From an uncultured Verrucomicrobiae bacterium (lineage in GTDB: Bacteria; Verrucomicrobiota; Verrucomicrobiia; Limisphaerales; Palsa-1400): a stretch of DNA of 64,000 nt. Where the stretch lies: contig CAVXRD010000002.1 in the NCBI GenBank assembly GCA_963764165.1, positions 1,280,001 to 1,344,000 of the forward strand, given 5' to 3'. Within the stretch, counting starts at the first letter, position 1. Every line of letters begins with the position of its first letter. Both the position numbers and the translations under genes were made by a program. Below are positions 39,142 to 49,998 of the stretch, in pieces. The notes beneath the pieces were generated by a model that worked only from the letters and a program-made list of their open reading frames with translations, did not search any database and was not told where the DNA came from.

Positions 39142-40518
39142 TTATCTTTTGACCGCCAAATCAACGCAGACGATTTCGCGGTCGTTGCGGACGTACATGC
39201 GCCGGTTGGCGAAGGCGGGGTGGGACCAATCGACCAGGCGTCCGGCGTCGCGGTTGTCGGGGTCGATCACGCGGGCACGGCTGATTTCTTCGTAACCCTT
39301 GGGCGTCAGGCGGGCGATGATCAAATCGCCTTTCTCGTTGAATAGGAAAAAGCGATCCTGATCCTGATTCTTGACGATGAAGGCATTAGCCCAGCGCATT
39401 TCCTTGCCATCGGGCGTGGTGGCGTTGAAGGTTTCCCAAATGCGCTCGCCAGTGGCCGCGTTGAGGCAGCGCAACTGGCCGTAGCTGCAAACGCCATAGA
39501 TATATCCATCTTCCAGAAACGGCGTGCTCAGCGTCGAATGCAGCGCGTCGGTGTTTTTCTCGCTGACGCGCTGGCTCTGCCAAAGGGTGGTGGCGGCCGG
39601 TTTGGATTTATCAAGCTGGAGCATCCATGAGCCGTTGTAAAAGCAGGTCAGGAAAAGGTCATCGCCCATTTTGCGCGGAGTGGGAATTGTCATTCCGGCG
39701 CGGGCGGATTGCGTGGGTCTCAATGACCAGTAGACCTTGCCCGTGGAGGGATCAAGGGAATTGACGGATTCGGGATGCCAGACGATGAGCTGCTTGACGC
39801 CGCCTGCGTCAATAATAATCGGGGTGCAATAGCCGGGCTCCTTGGAACCCAGGGCGCGCCAAATCTCGCCGCCGGTGTCCTTGTCGAACGCCACGACGGT
39901 CGAATTGGATCCGCCCGCGAGGCAAATCAGGCGGCTGCCGTCCAGCAGCGGATTGCCGGCGAATCCCCACATGGGAGTCGCGATGTGAAAGTCGGATTTG
40001 AAATCGCGCGACCAAAGCAGCGTGCCCTTCGCCGCGTCCAAACAGCTCAAATTTCCCTCGGCGCCAAGCGTGTAGACCTTGTTGCCGCTGATGAGCGGCG
40101 TGGCGCGGGGGCCGGAGGGGTAGCTGACGGTATAGGGGCAATCGTATTCGTAGCGCCAAGCGACCTTTCCATTGGCCGCATTCAAACACACGACGCTTTC
40201 TTTTCCGGGAATGCTGCCGCGGGCGAACGGATCAGAAGGCTTTTCAGCGGGATTGGCAAAGTGGTGGTCGAGCACGTATACGCGCTTGCGCGCCACCGCC
40301 GGGCCGGAGTAGCCGGAACCAATATTCGCCCGCCAGATTACGGCAGGGCCGTTCGATGGAAATGCGCGGATAATACCCGTTTCGCGCCAAATGCTGTCCC
40401 GCTGCGGCCCCAGCCATTGCGGCCAATCATCGGCGCGAACAGCCGCGGTGCCGCACGCCAAAAGAATTGCGAGCCAGAGTTTGGCACAGGCATGAATGCA
40501 GGAAATGTTACGGCGCAT
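39142..40518 (-). CDS. Exported PQQ-like beta-propeller repeat protein
   Basis: Signal peptide, DWPQWLGPQRD, repeated CL(N/D)A..G...W blades and WSHPAFANRRMYVRN. Confidence 0.9.
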   Translation of the reverse strand: MRRNISCIHACAKLWLAILLACGTAAVRADDWPQWLGPQRDSIWRETGIIRAFPSNGPAVIWRANIGSGYSGPAVARKRVYVLDHHFANPAEKPSDPFARGSIPGKESVVCLNAANGKVAWRYEYDCPYTVSYPSGPRATPLISGNKVYTLGAEGNLSCLDAAKGTLLWSRDFKSDFHIATPMWGFAGNPLLDGSRLICLAGGSNSTVVAFDKDTGGEIWRALGSKEPGYCTPIIIDAGGVKQLIVWHPESVNSLDPSTGKVYWSLRPTQSARAGMTIPTPRKMGDDLFLTCFYNGSWMLQLDKSKPAATTLWQSQRVSEKNTDALHSTLSTPFLEDGYIYGVCSYGQLRCLNAATGERIWETFNATTPDGKEMRWANAFIVKNQDQDRFFLFNEKGDLIIARLTPKGYEEISRARVIDPDNRDAGRLVDWSHPAFANRRMYVRNDREIVCVDLAVKR

Positions 40519-40535
40519 GAGCAGTGTGAGCCGCG

Positions 40536-41837
40536 CTACGACGATTTCACGCCGTTGATTTCACGCACGATGAAAGGCGCGAACTCGTCGCGGAAATGGG
40601 GCGGGATGCGCGCGCAAAAGCGCGCCTTCTCCCCGGCGTAATCGCGCTCGGTCACTTCCGCCACTTCGTGCAGCCGGGCGACCAGCGCAGACTCATCATG
40701 CGGGATGCGCAGCTCGACATATTCGCGAATGGGACGCAATTGCGAGCCGAGTTCATCGATTAATTCCTCCATGCCAGTCCCGTTGGCCGCCGAAACCGCC
40801 ACCGCGTTCGGATAATGCCGCACAAACTTTTCCAGCACCGCCGGGCTTTCGCATTTGTCGATTTTGTTGAAGACCATGATCGTCGGTTTGCCGTCTGCGC
40901 CAATTTCCCGCAAAACGCTGTTGACCGCCGCAATTTGCTCTTCGGCTTGCGGATGGCTGACATCGACGACGTGCAAGAGCAACTCGGCCTGCACCACTTC
41001 TTCCAGCGTCGCCTTGAACGCTTCGACGAGGCCGTGCGGAAGCTTGCGGATGAAACCCACCGTATCTGTCAAATAAACGTTTTGATTGGTCGGCAATCGG
41101 AAACGGCGGGTGGACGGATCCAGCGTGGCGAAAAGCTTGTCCTCGGCGAGGGCGTTGGCGCCTGTGAGCGCGTTGAGGAGCGTTGATTTCCCGGCGTTGG
41201 TGTAGCCGACAATCGAGGCGAGGGGCCAGAATTGCCGCTGGCGTCCGCTGCGCTGGGTGGCGCGATGGCGGCGGACGGCTTCGAGATCGGCCGTAAGGCG
41301 CTCGATGCGTTCCTGCACGCGGCGGCGGTCGGTTTCGAGCTGCGATTCGCCTTCGCCGCCGCGCATGCCGATGCCGCCGGATTGGCGGGAAAGGTGGCCC
41401 CAGAATCGGGTCAATCGCGGGAGCAGGTGCTGCAATTGGGCCAGCTCCACCTGCAATTTTCCTTCGCGCGTGCGGGCGCGCTGGGCGAAAATGTCGAGAA
41501 TCAGCGCCGTGCGATCCAGCACTTTGCAGGCAAAAACTTTCTCCAAATTGCGGCCTTGGGCGGGAGACAATTCATCGTCGAAAACCACAGTGTCGACTTT
41601 GTTCTTGCGGCAGAATTCGGCGAATTCCTCCGCCTTGCCGGGGCCGATAAACGTGCTGGCCACGGGTGCTTCGAGTTTTTGCACGCCGTCGCCGATGACC
41701 GCGCCGCCGGCGGTGGCCGCCAATTCGCCAAGTTCGTCGAGGGAATCGCGCGTTTTCCAGCTTGAGCCTGATTTGAGTTCCAAACCGATGAGGAAGACCC
41801 GTTCGGTCCGTTTAGTCGTCGAGATGAGAGCTTTCAA
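40536..41837 (-). CDS. hflX: GTPase HflX
   Basis: LILDIFAQRARTREGKLQVELAQL, GYTNAGKST, LFATLD, DTVGFI and FNKID motifs. Confidence 0.97.
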   Translation of the reverse strand: MKALISTTKRTERVFLIGLELKSGSSWKTRDSLDELGELAATAGGAVIGDGVQKLEAPVASTFIGPGKAEEFAEFCRKNKVDTVVFDDELSPAQGRNLEKVFACKVLDRTALILDIFAQRARTREGKLQVELAQLQHLLPRLTRFWGHLSRQSGGIGMRGGEGESQLETDRRRVQERIERLTADLEAVRRHRATQRSGRQRQFWPLASIVGYTNAGKSTLLNALTGANALAEDKLFATLDPSTRRFRLPTNQNVYLTDTVGFIRKLPHGLVEAFKATLEEVVQAELLLHVVDVSHPQAEEQIAAVNSVLREIGADGKPTIMVFNKIDKCESPAVLEKFVRHYPNAVAVSAANGTGMEELIDELGSQLRPIREYVELRIPHDESALVARLHEVAEVTERDYAGEKARFCARIPPHFRDEFAPFIVREINGVKSS

Positions 41838-41917
41838 TCGTTCGCTTCGCTATGTCGCTTGACGGCACAAGCTACTACGGGTCGGCGGCAATAGCCAGCG
41901 GGAAGGCATGCTGTTCC

Positions 41918-41955
41918 ATGGGATCTATGGGACGCATAGGACTCATAGGACAGAT
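41918..41955. repeat. 9-bp-period tandem repeat (ATRGGAnnn x4)
   Basis: ATGGGATCT ATGGGACGC ATAGGACTC ATAGGACAG AT, just downstream of the LysR gene. Confidence 0.6.
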
Positions 41956-41971
41956 CGGGCAGCAACCGCCG

Positions 41972-42850
41972 TTAGGAAGCCGCCAAACGCTTCGCCCCGG
42001 CTTCCATCTCGTCTAGCAGGGCGCGCATCGGCGGGTTGGGCTTGCCGCGCCACGCGGCCGCCACGAGCACCGGTTCAAAGCCCGGCAAATCAAGGGCGCG
42101 CACTTTCGGCGACATCTTTGCCTTCGGAATCGCCACGCTCAACCCGATGCCGAAACCGCCGCCGACGTAAGCTTCAATGCCGTCGGTTGAATTAATTTCC
42201 AGGCGCGGGAACCAATCCACGCCGAGCCGCCCGAGACCTTGCTGGAAATTTTTGCAAATCACCTCGGTGGCCGGCAGGCAAATGAGCGGTTCATCAATTT
42301 TGTCGCGCTTCCACAATTCATCGACGTGGCGCAGCGGGCTTTCCTTTGGCACCACAAGCACGAGGGGCAGCCGAATGAGTTCGACGGAACTGAATGCGCC
42401 TGCCGGTTTTTTGTCCGTCACCAGAATCGCCAGGTCAATTTCCTGTTTTTCCAGCATGGATTCCAATTCCGGCGGATAATTTGAGCGCAGCGTGAAAGTG
42501 AGTTTTGGAAATTTCCTTTTCGCGCCCTGCAGCACATCCGGCAAATGATCGCGCAAAATGACGTCCGACGAACCGATGCGCAACTGGTGGGAAGCGCCGC
42601 CTTGCAACTCGCGCGCCATGCCATCCAAGCCGCCAAAAAAAGGCTCAATGAAACGGTAGAGTTTTTCACCGGAAGGCGTCAGCAGAAATGGCCGCCGCTG
42701 AAACAGCGCCACGCCCAAATCTTCTTCCAATTGCGCGACCTGGCCGCTGACGGCAGGCTGCTGGATGCCGTAGGGAATGTTGCGGACAGCCTCGCTGATG
42801 CCGCCGTGCCGCGCGACGTAATAGAACAACTCCAGGTGGTGGACGTTCAT
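41972..42850 (-). CDS. LysR-family transcriptional regulator
   Basis: MNVHHLELF..QQPAVSGQVAQLEEDLGVALFQR..LTPSG HTH plus substrate-binding domain. Confidence 0.93.
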   Translation of the reverse strand: MNVHHLELFYYVARHGGISEAVRNIPYGIQQPAVSGQVAQLEEDLGVALFQRRPFLLTPSGEKLYRFIEPFFGGLDGMARELQGGASHQLRIGSSDVILRDHLPDVLQGAKRKFPKLTFTLRSNYPPELESMLEKQEIDLAILVTDKKPAGAFSSVELIRLPLVLVVPKESPLRHVDELWKRDKIDEPLICLPATEVICKNFQQGLGRLGVDWFPRLEINSTDGIEAYVGGGFGIGLSVAIPKAKMSPKVRALDLPGFEPVLVAAAWRGKPNPPMRALLDEMEAGAKRLAAS

Positions 42851-42979
42851 AATCTTGAAAGTGCCGCCCCCATAGTAGCGGCGAGCATTTCCGGCGCAAG
42901 CGAAGACCGTTTTTGTGTTCTTCCGCCGCGAATTCCACTTGTAAACACCCACCGTTTCAGGCGATATGTTCATCGCCCT

Positions 42980-43447
42980 ATGAATCTTGGCGACATTTTG
43001 ACTTTAGAAACGATCCTTCCCGAGCTGACATCCGCCAATCGCTGGGAGGCGATCGACGAACTCGTGCTGTGCCTGGTCAATACTGCGAAGATCAAGCCCG
43101 AGAATCGTGACGCGATTGTGGGGGTCGTCAAGAAGCGCGAATCTTCGATGAGCACCGGCATCGGCTTCGGCATCGGCATCCCGCATGCCTCGACCGACCT
43201 GATCACCGAGGTCGTCGGCGTGCTGGGGCGCTCGAAAAAGGGGATTGAGTTTGACGCGCTCGACAATCAGCCAGTGAATTTGGTCATGCTCTTCCTCGTT
43301 CCCCAAGGCCAGTTTCAAAAACATCTCCACACTCTGGCCAGCATTGCAAAGCTTCTTCACGTCAAAGAATTCCGCCAGGAATTGGAACAGGCGCCCGACC
43401 GGGCCGCCATGTTCGAAATCATCAAAAAGTACTCCGCGCCCAAATAA
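42980..43447 (+). CDS. PTS EIIA component (PtsN/fructose-mannitol type)
   Basis: KRESSMSTGIGFGIGIPHA with the phospho-His, GIEFDALDNQPV and HLHTLA motifs. Confidence 0.92.
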   Translation: MNLGDILTLETILPELTSANRWEAIDELVLCLVNTAKIKPENRDAIVGVVKKRESSMSTGIGFGIGIPHASTDLITEVVGVLGRSKKGIEFDALDNQPVNLVMLFLVPQGQFQKHLHTLASIAKLLHVKEFRQELEQAPDRAAMFEIIKKYSAPK

Positions 43448-43471
43448 CGGGCGGCGCGAGCCGTTTGAACC

Positions 43472-45211
43472 GTGCTTCATAAAATTCTCGAACAAAAACT
43501 GCAACAAGCGGTTGCGGTCGTTTTGCCCGAGGCGGCGAATGCCTCGATTCTCGTCCGCCCCTGCCCTGATCCGAAATTTGGCGATTACCAAACCAATGCC
43601 TTAATGGGCATCGCGAAGTCCCGCAAAATGAATCCGCGCCAGCTCGCAATGGATGTCGCGGCGAATCTCGATATCTCACAGTGGTGTGATAAAGTGGAGG
43701 TGGCGGGCGCGGGATTTCTGAATTTTCACCTGAAGCCATCCGCCATGGCCGCGGTTCTGGCAGAGGCCGCGGCTGGAAAACATTTGTTCTTTGAGAAATG
43801 CGCGGAGCCTCGATGCGTCATCATTGATTTCAGTTCTCCAAACGTCGCCAAGCCCATGCACGTCGGGCACATTCGCTCAACGATTTTGGGGGATTCGCTC
43901 GCGCGCATTCTGCGCCTGATGGGCCATCATGTGGTGACGGACAATCATATTGGTGATTGGGGTACGCAGTTCGGAAAATTGCTGGTCGGCTGGAAATCCG
44001 ATCTCAACAAAGATGCGTTGAATGCGGATCCGATCGCGGAGATGGAGCGGCTCTACAAATTGATCAACGCGCGATGCGAAGCGGATCCGGCCGTTCTGGA
44101 AAAAGCGCGCGAGGAAACGGTCAAACTGCAATCCGGCGACCTTGAAAATCTGGAAATTTGGAAGGAAATGATGCGCCTTTCCCAAGTCCAGTTTGATCGA
44201 GTTTACGCAAGGCTCGGTGTGACGTTCGATTACACATTGGGCGAGAGTTATTACAACCCGATGCTCCAGCAAGTCGTCGATGATTTGATGAAGCTCGGCG
44301 TCGCGCAGGAAAGCAAAGGGGCCAAGGTTGTCTTTTTTCCGAAACTGACGGAATCGAAAGATGAACGGGAGAATTTGTCCATCATTCAAAAGAGCGATGG
44401 CGGATTCAATTACACCACGACCGATCTTGCGACGCTGCTGTTTCGCTGGAACGGCGGGACCTGGAGCGTGCGCCCCAATGAAATTATTTATGTCACGGGC
44501 GCGCCGCAACAGCAGCACTTCACCCAGTTGTTCGCGATTTTCCGAAGGTGGCATCCGGAGGCCAACGTCAAATTGTCACACGCGTGGTTCGGCTCCGTGC
44601 TGGGTGAAGATGGCAAGCCCTTCAGGACGCGTGACGGCGACACAGTGCGATTGGAGGCGCTGCTGGATGAGGCCGAGGAGCGCGCATTAAAAGTGGTCGC
44701 GGAAAAGAACCCCGACCTTGATCCTTCGAGCCAGAAAGAAATCGCGCGCGTCGTTGGGCTTGGCGCGATCAAATACGCCGATCTGGCCCAAAACCGGCAG
44801 ACGGATTATGTATTCAGCTGGGACAAAATGCTGGCCTTGCAGGGCAACACCGCGCCGTATCTGCTTTACGCCTACACGCGACTGCGCAGCATTTTCCGCA
44901 AGAGCGGCGAGGAAGCGTCCGTCAAATCAGTCGAATTCGTCCTGGCTGCGCCGGAGGAATTGGCCCTGGCCCGCCACCTCCTGAATTTCGGCATGACGCT
45001 GGACGCGGTGGCGGATGATTATCGCCCGAATTTCCTTTGCGCTTATCTTTTTGAACTAGCCGGGCATCTCGCCCGGTTCTACGAAAACTGCCCGGTGCTA
45101 AAAGCCGAAGGGGCCATTCGCTCTTCGCGTCTGGCCCTCTGCGAGCTTGCAGGAAAAGTCCTCAAGCAGGGATTGGAAGTGCTCGGCATCGAAACGACCG
45201 AGCACATGTAA
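43472..45211 (+). CDS. argS: Arginine--tRNA ligase
   Basis: FGDYQTN, DFSSPNVAKPMHVGHIRST, NHIGDWGTQFG and GNTAPYLLYAYTR motifs. Confidence 0.97.
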   Translation: MLHKILEQKLQQAVAVVLPEAANASILVRPCPDPKFGDYQTNALMGIAKSRKMNPRQLAMDVAANLDISQWCDKVEVAGAGFLNFHLKPSAMAAVLAEAAAGKHLFFEKCAEPRCVIIDFSSPNVAKPMHVGHIRSTILGDSLARILRLMGHHVVTDNHIGDWGTQFGKLLVGWKSDLNKDALNADPIAEMERLYKLINARCEADPAVLEKAREETVKLQSGDLENLEIWKEMMRLSQVQFDRVYARLGVTFDYTLGESYYNPMLQQVVDDLMKLGVAQESKGAKVVFFPKLTESKDERENLSIIQKSDGGFNYTTTDLATLLFRWNGGTWSVRPNEIIYVTGAPQQQHFTQLFAIFRRWHPEANVKLSHAWFGSVLGEDGKPFRTRDGDTVRLEALLDEAEERALKVVAEKNPDLDPSSQKEIARVVGLGAIKYADLAQNRQTDYVFSWDKMLALQGNTAPYLLYAYTRLRSIFRKSGEEASVKSVEFVLAAPEELALARHLLNFGMTLDAVADDYRPNFLCAYLFELAGHLARFYENCPVLKAEGAIRSSRLALCELAGKVLKQGLEVLGIETTEHM

Positions 45212-45219
45212 ATTAGCTC

Positions 45220-45750
45220 TTACTGCATCGCGCACTTGCCGGTCAGGCCGGCTTTTTGCAGGGCGGTGAACACGTCGCTGTCTTTGAAGTCGCCGGTGAT
45301 TTCAAATGTCTCCGCGCCTTTGGTGGCGGTGTCGGCTGTCACGCCGGGAACGCCATCGACGGCTTTTTTCACGGCCGTCACGCACTTCGGGCAGCAAAGA
45401 TGCACGCCGGAAACCTTGAGCGATTTAACCTTTTCACCCTTCGCGCCGGTTTCGGAGACTACCTTGATGGTGTCGAGGCTGGATTTGCCATAAAAGCCGC
45501 CCTTGACCAGCGAATCCACCGCTTTTTGAACGGTCGCATTGTTCGGGCCGACAACGATCACAGTGCCGTCAGCCTTGCTCGCTGTGCAGCTAACGCCATC
45601 GACGGCGGAAGCCGCCTTGTTGGCGCCCTTGACGCAGCTATCGCAGCACATGTGGACTTTGGAGAGAGTGACAGTGACATCGTCGGCATGGGCCAGAGGA
45701 GTTAAGGCCAACGCGGCCACGAGGGACAGAAGCAGAGTTTTCATACGCAT
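45220..45750 (-). CDS. Exported protein with two heavy-metal-associated-like domains
   Basis: Signal peptide MRMKTLLLSLVAALALTPLAHA; two repeats VHMCCDSCV and VHLCCPKCV, each followed by V(D/P)GV and an (S/A)LxKxG motif. Confidence 0.8.
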   Translation of the reverse strand: MRMKTLLLSLVAALALTPLAHADDVTVTLSKVHMCCDSCVKGANKAASAVDGVSCTASKADGTVIVVGPNNATVQKAVDSLVKGGFYGKSSLDTIKVVSETGAKGEKVKSLKVSGVHLCCPKCVTAVKKAVDGVPGVTADTATKGAETFEITGDFKDSDVFTALQKAGLTGKCAMQ

Positions 45751-45875
45751 AAGACAAAAGGCTTTCGACAACAAATAATAACGGTAATTAATTCTCAAAA
45801 CGCTGGGGCACAGTCTAAACATGACTTGTCGTCCCGTCAAGGCGCATAAGTCGCCCAGGCAGGAATTGCCACTTA

Positions 45876-46079
45876 TCACATCGCGAGCGGGCGGATGCGC
45901 CGCATGGCGGCTTCGTCCTCGGCCATCCAATCGCCGATGCCTCCGCTCGCAATGGAGGGGTTTTGCGGGAGAGGTTCACCTTGCGAATGGAGACGCGAAG
46001 CGAGATACAGCATCAATTGCTGTTGCTCGGTCACGGATAATGTATCCGCGGCAATCTCGATTTCCGCCAAGGTGGTCAT
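45876..46079 (-). CDS. Small hypothetical protein, antitoxin-like
   Basis: 67 aa MTTLAEIEIAADTLSVTEQQQLMLYLASRL...; the helical pattern resembles the addiction-module antitoxin at 59199. Confidence 0.55.
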   Translation of the reverse strand: MTTLAEIEIAADTLSVTEQQQLMLYLASRLHSQGEPLPQNPSIASGGIGDWMAEDEAAMRRIRPLAM

Positions 46080-46168
46080 TGGAAAAATGGTAACATGATT
46101 CTGACGCCCTGCAACGAAAAGATATTCACAATTGTAAATGGGTGAAATACCCCATACCAATGACTTTT

Positions 46169-46244
46169 GGGAGGGCGAAGCTCCGTCGAGCCCATTATGG
46201 ATTTCGGGAAAGGGTTTAGTCACGGCTCGACGGAGTCTCACCCC
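46169..46244. repeat. REP-like doublet (GGGAGGGCGAAGCTCCGTCGAGCC ... GGCTCGACGGAGTCTCACCCC)
   Basis: Inverted arms CTCCGTCGAGCC and GGCTCGACGGAG. Confidence 0.65.
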
Positions 46245-46271
46245 GGCGGCCAACGCTTTTGTAGGACGTGT

Positions 46272-48563
46272 CTATTGCGCGAGCGCACCTTTCACTTTGC
46301 AAACGCCGCCTGCGGGAATTTCCACGCTCTTTGTCGCGGCGCCATAACGAAGTTTGCAAGGCCCGCCGTTCTTGCCATGGATGACGGCTTCGGTGAGCTT
46401 GCCATTCGCCCATGTCAGATCCACTTCGAACCCGCCGCGGGCGCGGAGGCCCTTGACTGATCCGGTGGGCCAGCATTTTGGCAACGCCGGTAGAAACTCG
46501 ACCTCCCCGGCCTGGCTTTGCGCGAGCATTTCGCAAATACCTGCGGTGACGCCAAAATTGCCGTCGATTTGCATGGGCGGATGCAGGCCATATAAATTCG
46601 CGCAGCAATTTCGCGAGGAAAGAAATTGCTGCAGCATTTGGTGCGCGTGTTCGCCATCGTGCAAGCGAGCGAACAACGCGATGCGCCACGCGAAGGACCA
46701 TTCGCGCACATCACTGGCGGGATCGATGCCCCGCGCGTCGAGCGACACCTTCGCCGCTTTCGCCAATTCGGGTGTTTGGCTGACGCTGATTTGCAATCCG
46801 GGATAGACCGCGAAGAGCTGCGATGTGTGGCGATGGTGATCGTTGGGAGTGTCGAGTTCCGGGCTGCCGGGGACGGCGTTGGTTCCTTTCTTTTCCGCCA
46901 TCCATTCCATCAGTTGTCCCCAGCTTCCGATTCCGGGCGTGACAAGCTTGTCCCGCATCGCGGCGATTTTATCGCGGTATTCCTTATCCACGCCAAGGAC
47001 GTCGCAGGCTTGGACGTAATTATTGAACAAATCCCAGACGATCTCCTGATTATAACTGACGCCGTCGTCGTCCGGCCCGTGCTCGGGCGACCAGCCGTGC
47101 GGCACCACCCAGCGGCCATCGGGCAGCTTTTTCAAATGATCCTCCCAGAATTGGCACGTTTCTTTCATCACAGGATACGCGGTGTTGCGCAGAAAATTCG
47201 TGTCGAGGCCGAACGCGAAATGCTCCCAAAAATGCTGGCAATACCAGGCGTTCGCCGTCTTGTCCCACTTCCAGCCGAGCCCGCCGAAAATGTTGTGGGA
47301 CGTGCGAATGGCAAATCCGCGCCGCGTCAATTGGCCATCGGGGGTGGCCATTTCCCTGTCGGCGTCCGTTCCGGTGCGCCAGCCCGGAAGCTGGCTGATC
47401 GTCAAATCAAAGAACGGCTGGGCGCATTCGGCCAGATTGGCGGGTTCGGCGGGCCAGTAATTCATTTGAATGTTGATGTTCGCGTGGTAATCGCTGCTCC
47501 AAGCCGGGTCATTTCGGTCGTTCCAGAGACCCTGCAAATTGGCGGGCAATCCACCGGGGCGGGAACAGGAAATCAACAGGTAACGGCCATATTGAAATAG
47601 CAAGGCTTCCATCTCAGGATCGACTTCGTGGAAGGCCGCTTCATGGCGCTTGTCGGTCGGAAGCGCGCGCTGGGCAGGAGTCGATTCACCGAGGTTCAAC
47701 GACACTCGATTGAAGAAGGATTGGTAGTCCGCAACGTGCTGAGCCAAGAGGGAATCGTAACTCTCGACTGCGGCAGAATTCAGTTCCGCGTTCAACCGCT
47801 CTTCCGGGCCGTTGTCGCGGTAATGGCTGCCGGGATTCATGGCGTAATCCGTTCCCGCGGCGACGAAAAACGTCAGACTGTCGCAATCTTTGAATCGGAG
47901 CGAACCGTTCGCCACGGTCACGCTGCCGCCGGAATTGAGGACAACCAAGTGATATTGATAGCGCAGGCCGTTGTCCAATTTGCCGCGCACGGAAATCCGG
48001 TTTCCATTCGCGCTGGCGGCGGCCTTGTGGGCGTCTTCGAGGGAAAACGCGCCGGTGAGCGAGCCCTTCTTGTCTGCCGTAAACCGCGCCACCAAAAGCC
48101 CCGCCGGGTGACTGCAAAAATACTCGCGTTCAAAATGAACGCCGCCAGCTTCGTAATGGACGTGCGCGACGGCGCGGCTTAAATCAAGATCGCGCCGGTA
48201 ATGTCCAACGCTCGTTTGCCCGTCAAGTTTGACGAACGCGTTTCCGAGCGCTTGGTAGGCACCCATCGTTTCATAGCGTCCGTCGGGATTGTCGTTGCCC
48301 GTCCAGAGGGAATCTTCGTTGAGGCAAAGCCGCTCGACAGCGGGATCGCCGAACACCAGCGCGCCCATGCGCCCATTGCCGATGGGCAGCGCTTCGGTCA
48401 TGGCGTCTTTGGCCGGTTGGTTATACCAAAGCGTCAATGATGCGTCGTCGGCGAAGGCTTGAAAGACCAGCGCCGTTAATGCGATGAACGCAGAATAAAT
48501 TCTGAGCTTGTCCCCGTTAGGCCGCAGTCGAAGTTCTGCCCGCGCGGTATCCATAGATCCCAT
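46272..48563 (-). CDS. GH95 alpha-L-fucosidase
   Basis: [60 protein letters not shown] and QIDGNFG motifs; start uncertain. Confidence 0.93.
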   Translation of the reverse strand: MGSMDTARAELRLRPNGDKLRIYSAFIALTALVFQAFADDASLTLWYNQPAKDAMTEALPIGNGRMGALVFGDPAVERLCLNEDSLWTGNDNPDGRYETMGAYQALGNAFVKLDGQTSVGHYRRDLDLSRAVAHVHYEAGGVHFEREYFCSHPAGLLVARFTADKKGSLTGAFSLEDAHKAAASANGNRISVRGKLDNGLRYQYHLVVLNSGGSVTVANGSLRFKDCDSLTFFVAAGTDYAMNPGSHYRDNGPEERLNAELNSAAVESYDSLLAQHVADYQSFFNRVSLNLGESTPAQRALPTDKRHEAAFHEVDPEMEALLFQYGRYLLISCSRPGGLPANLQGLWNDRNDPAWSSDYHANINIQMNYWPAEPANLAECAQPFFDLTISQLPGWRTGTDADREMATPDGQLTRRGFAIRTSHNIFGGLGWKWDKTANAWYCQHFWEHFAFGLDTNFLRNTAYPVMKETCQFWEDHLKKLPDGRWVVPHGWSPEHGPDDDGVSYNQEIVWDLFNNYVQACDVLGVDKEYRDKIAAMRDKLVTPGIGSWGQLMEWMAEKKGTNAVPGSPELDTPNDHHRHTSQLFAVYPGLQISVSQTPELAKAAKVSLDARGIDPASDVREWSFAWRIALFARLHDGEHAHQMLQQFLSSRNCCANLYGLHPPMQIDGNFGVTAGICEMLAQSQAGEVEFLPALPKCWPTGSVKGLRARGGFEVDLTWANGKLTEAVIHGKNGGPCKLRYGAATKSVEIPAGGVCKVKGALAQ

Positions 48564-49932
48564 AAAATGCAATGTATGCAAACGCAACCATCGGCACGAG
48601 GAAAGAGACGCGAAGGCCAGCGTGATCGGCGATATAACCTTGCAATGGAGGCAAGATGGCTCCGCCAAGAATGGCCATCACCAGCAGCGACGAGGCCTGG
48701 CTTTTCTGCGCCCCGAGGCCTTCAATCGCGAGCGAGAAAATATTCGACCACATTACAGAGCAGAAGAGGCCCATCCCGAGGATGCTCCATTTTGCAACAA
48801 CGTCGGTGGTGCAGATGCTCGTGATGAGCAACCCGATAATGATAGCGCTGAAGAGCGCGAGCATGCGGTGCGCGCTGGCCTCGCCGAGGAAAAACGCGAT
48901 CAGCAGCAACACCAAAGCCGGTGCGTAGTGGCACGCGTTGTCCCAGTTTGACGTCAGACCGATGGTGACGAATGCAATGACGGGAACCATCACGACGAGG
49001 GCGTGCTTGGTGGATTTCTTCATGTCGCTCAAGGCGAAAGCGCCCATGAATCGCCCGATCATCAGCCCACCCCAATAAAACGCCAGGTATTTGCTTGCCG
49101 CCTCGTGGTCGAGGTGGCCGAGTTCAGGCAGGCCAAGGTAATTGATGATCGCGCTGCCCACTGTCACTTCCCCGCCTACATACATGAAAATCGCCAGCAT
49201 TCCCAACGCAGTATGCGGGTGGGCCAGCGCTCCAAGCCCCGATTCGATTTTATCCGGATTGGTGAAGCTCGGCAGGTGCGCAAATTTGAAGAAGACGGCC
49301 AGCAGCACAAATACTCCGGCAAAGGCCAGATACGGCATTTTAACCGAATCCGCGCCATGGGCTTCCTTCGTGTTCAGGACTTTGAAAATCAGAATGCCGC
49401 CGATGATCGGGCCAATCGTCGTCCCGAACGAATTGAACGCTTGCGAGAGATTCAGCCGGCTCGGCGCGGTTGATTCCGGCCCGAGAATGGTCACGTAAGG
49501 ATTAGCCGCAATTTGCAGCATGGCGAACCCAAGACCAACAACGAAAAGCGCGAGCAGGAAAAAGGTGTAGGACTTCGCCACCGCAGCGGGATAAAACATG
49601 ACGCTTCCCAGCGCCGCAATCAGCAGGCCGACGATCACGCCATTCTTATATCCGATGCGGTTGATGGGATCGCCCGATGTCACGGAGATGCCGTAGTAAA
49701 TCAGCGATCCAATCCCGTAAGCGCCGAAAAACGCGAATTGCACGAGCATCGCGTGAAAGTAATCCAGGTTGAACGCCTCCTTGAATCGGGGAATGAGGAT
49801 GTCGTTCCACACCGTCATAAACCCCCACATGAAAAACAGGACAGTCATGATTGCGAAGGGGCCCCGGTAGGTTTGGTTGCTTCCGGGTTGGGAAGGAGCG
49901 GTCGCGCCGCGCGCGGTGTTCATTGTTGCCAT
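48517..49932 (-). CDS. FucP/GluP-type MFS sugar transporter
   Basis: [45 protein letters not shown] and MAILGGA motifs. Confidence 0.93.
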   Translation of the reverse strand: MATMNTARGATAPSQPGSNQTYRGPFAIMTVLFFMWGFMTVWNDILIPRFKEAFNLDYFHAMLVQFAFFGAYGIGSLIYYGISVTSGDPINRIGYKNGVIVGLLIAALGSVMFYPAAVAKSYTFFLLALFVVGLGFAMLQIAANPYVTILGPESTAPSRLNLSQAFNSFGTTIGPIIGGILIFKVLNTKEAHGADSVKMPYLAFAGVFVLLAVFFKFAHLPSFTNPDKIESGLGALAHPHTALGMLAIFMYVGGEVTVGSAIINYLGLPELGHLDHEAASKYLAFYWGGLMIGRFMGAFALSDMKKSTKHALVVMVPVIAFVTIGLTSNWDNACHYAPALVLLLIAFFLGEASAHRMLALFSAIIIGLLITSICTTDVVAKWSILGMGLFCSVMWSNIFSLAIEGLGAQKSQASSLLVMAILGGAILPPLQGYIADHAGLRVSFLVPMVAFAYIAFYGIYGYRAGRTSTAA

Positions 49933-49998
49933 GACCGCATTTTGTGGATTCAAATCGCTATTGTAAATGAATTTTGCCGGGCTAACATCGGTTCTCAA

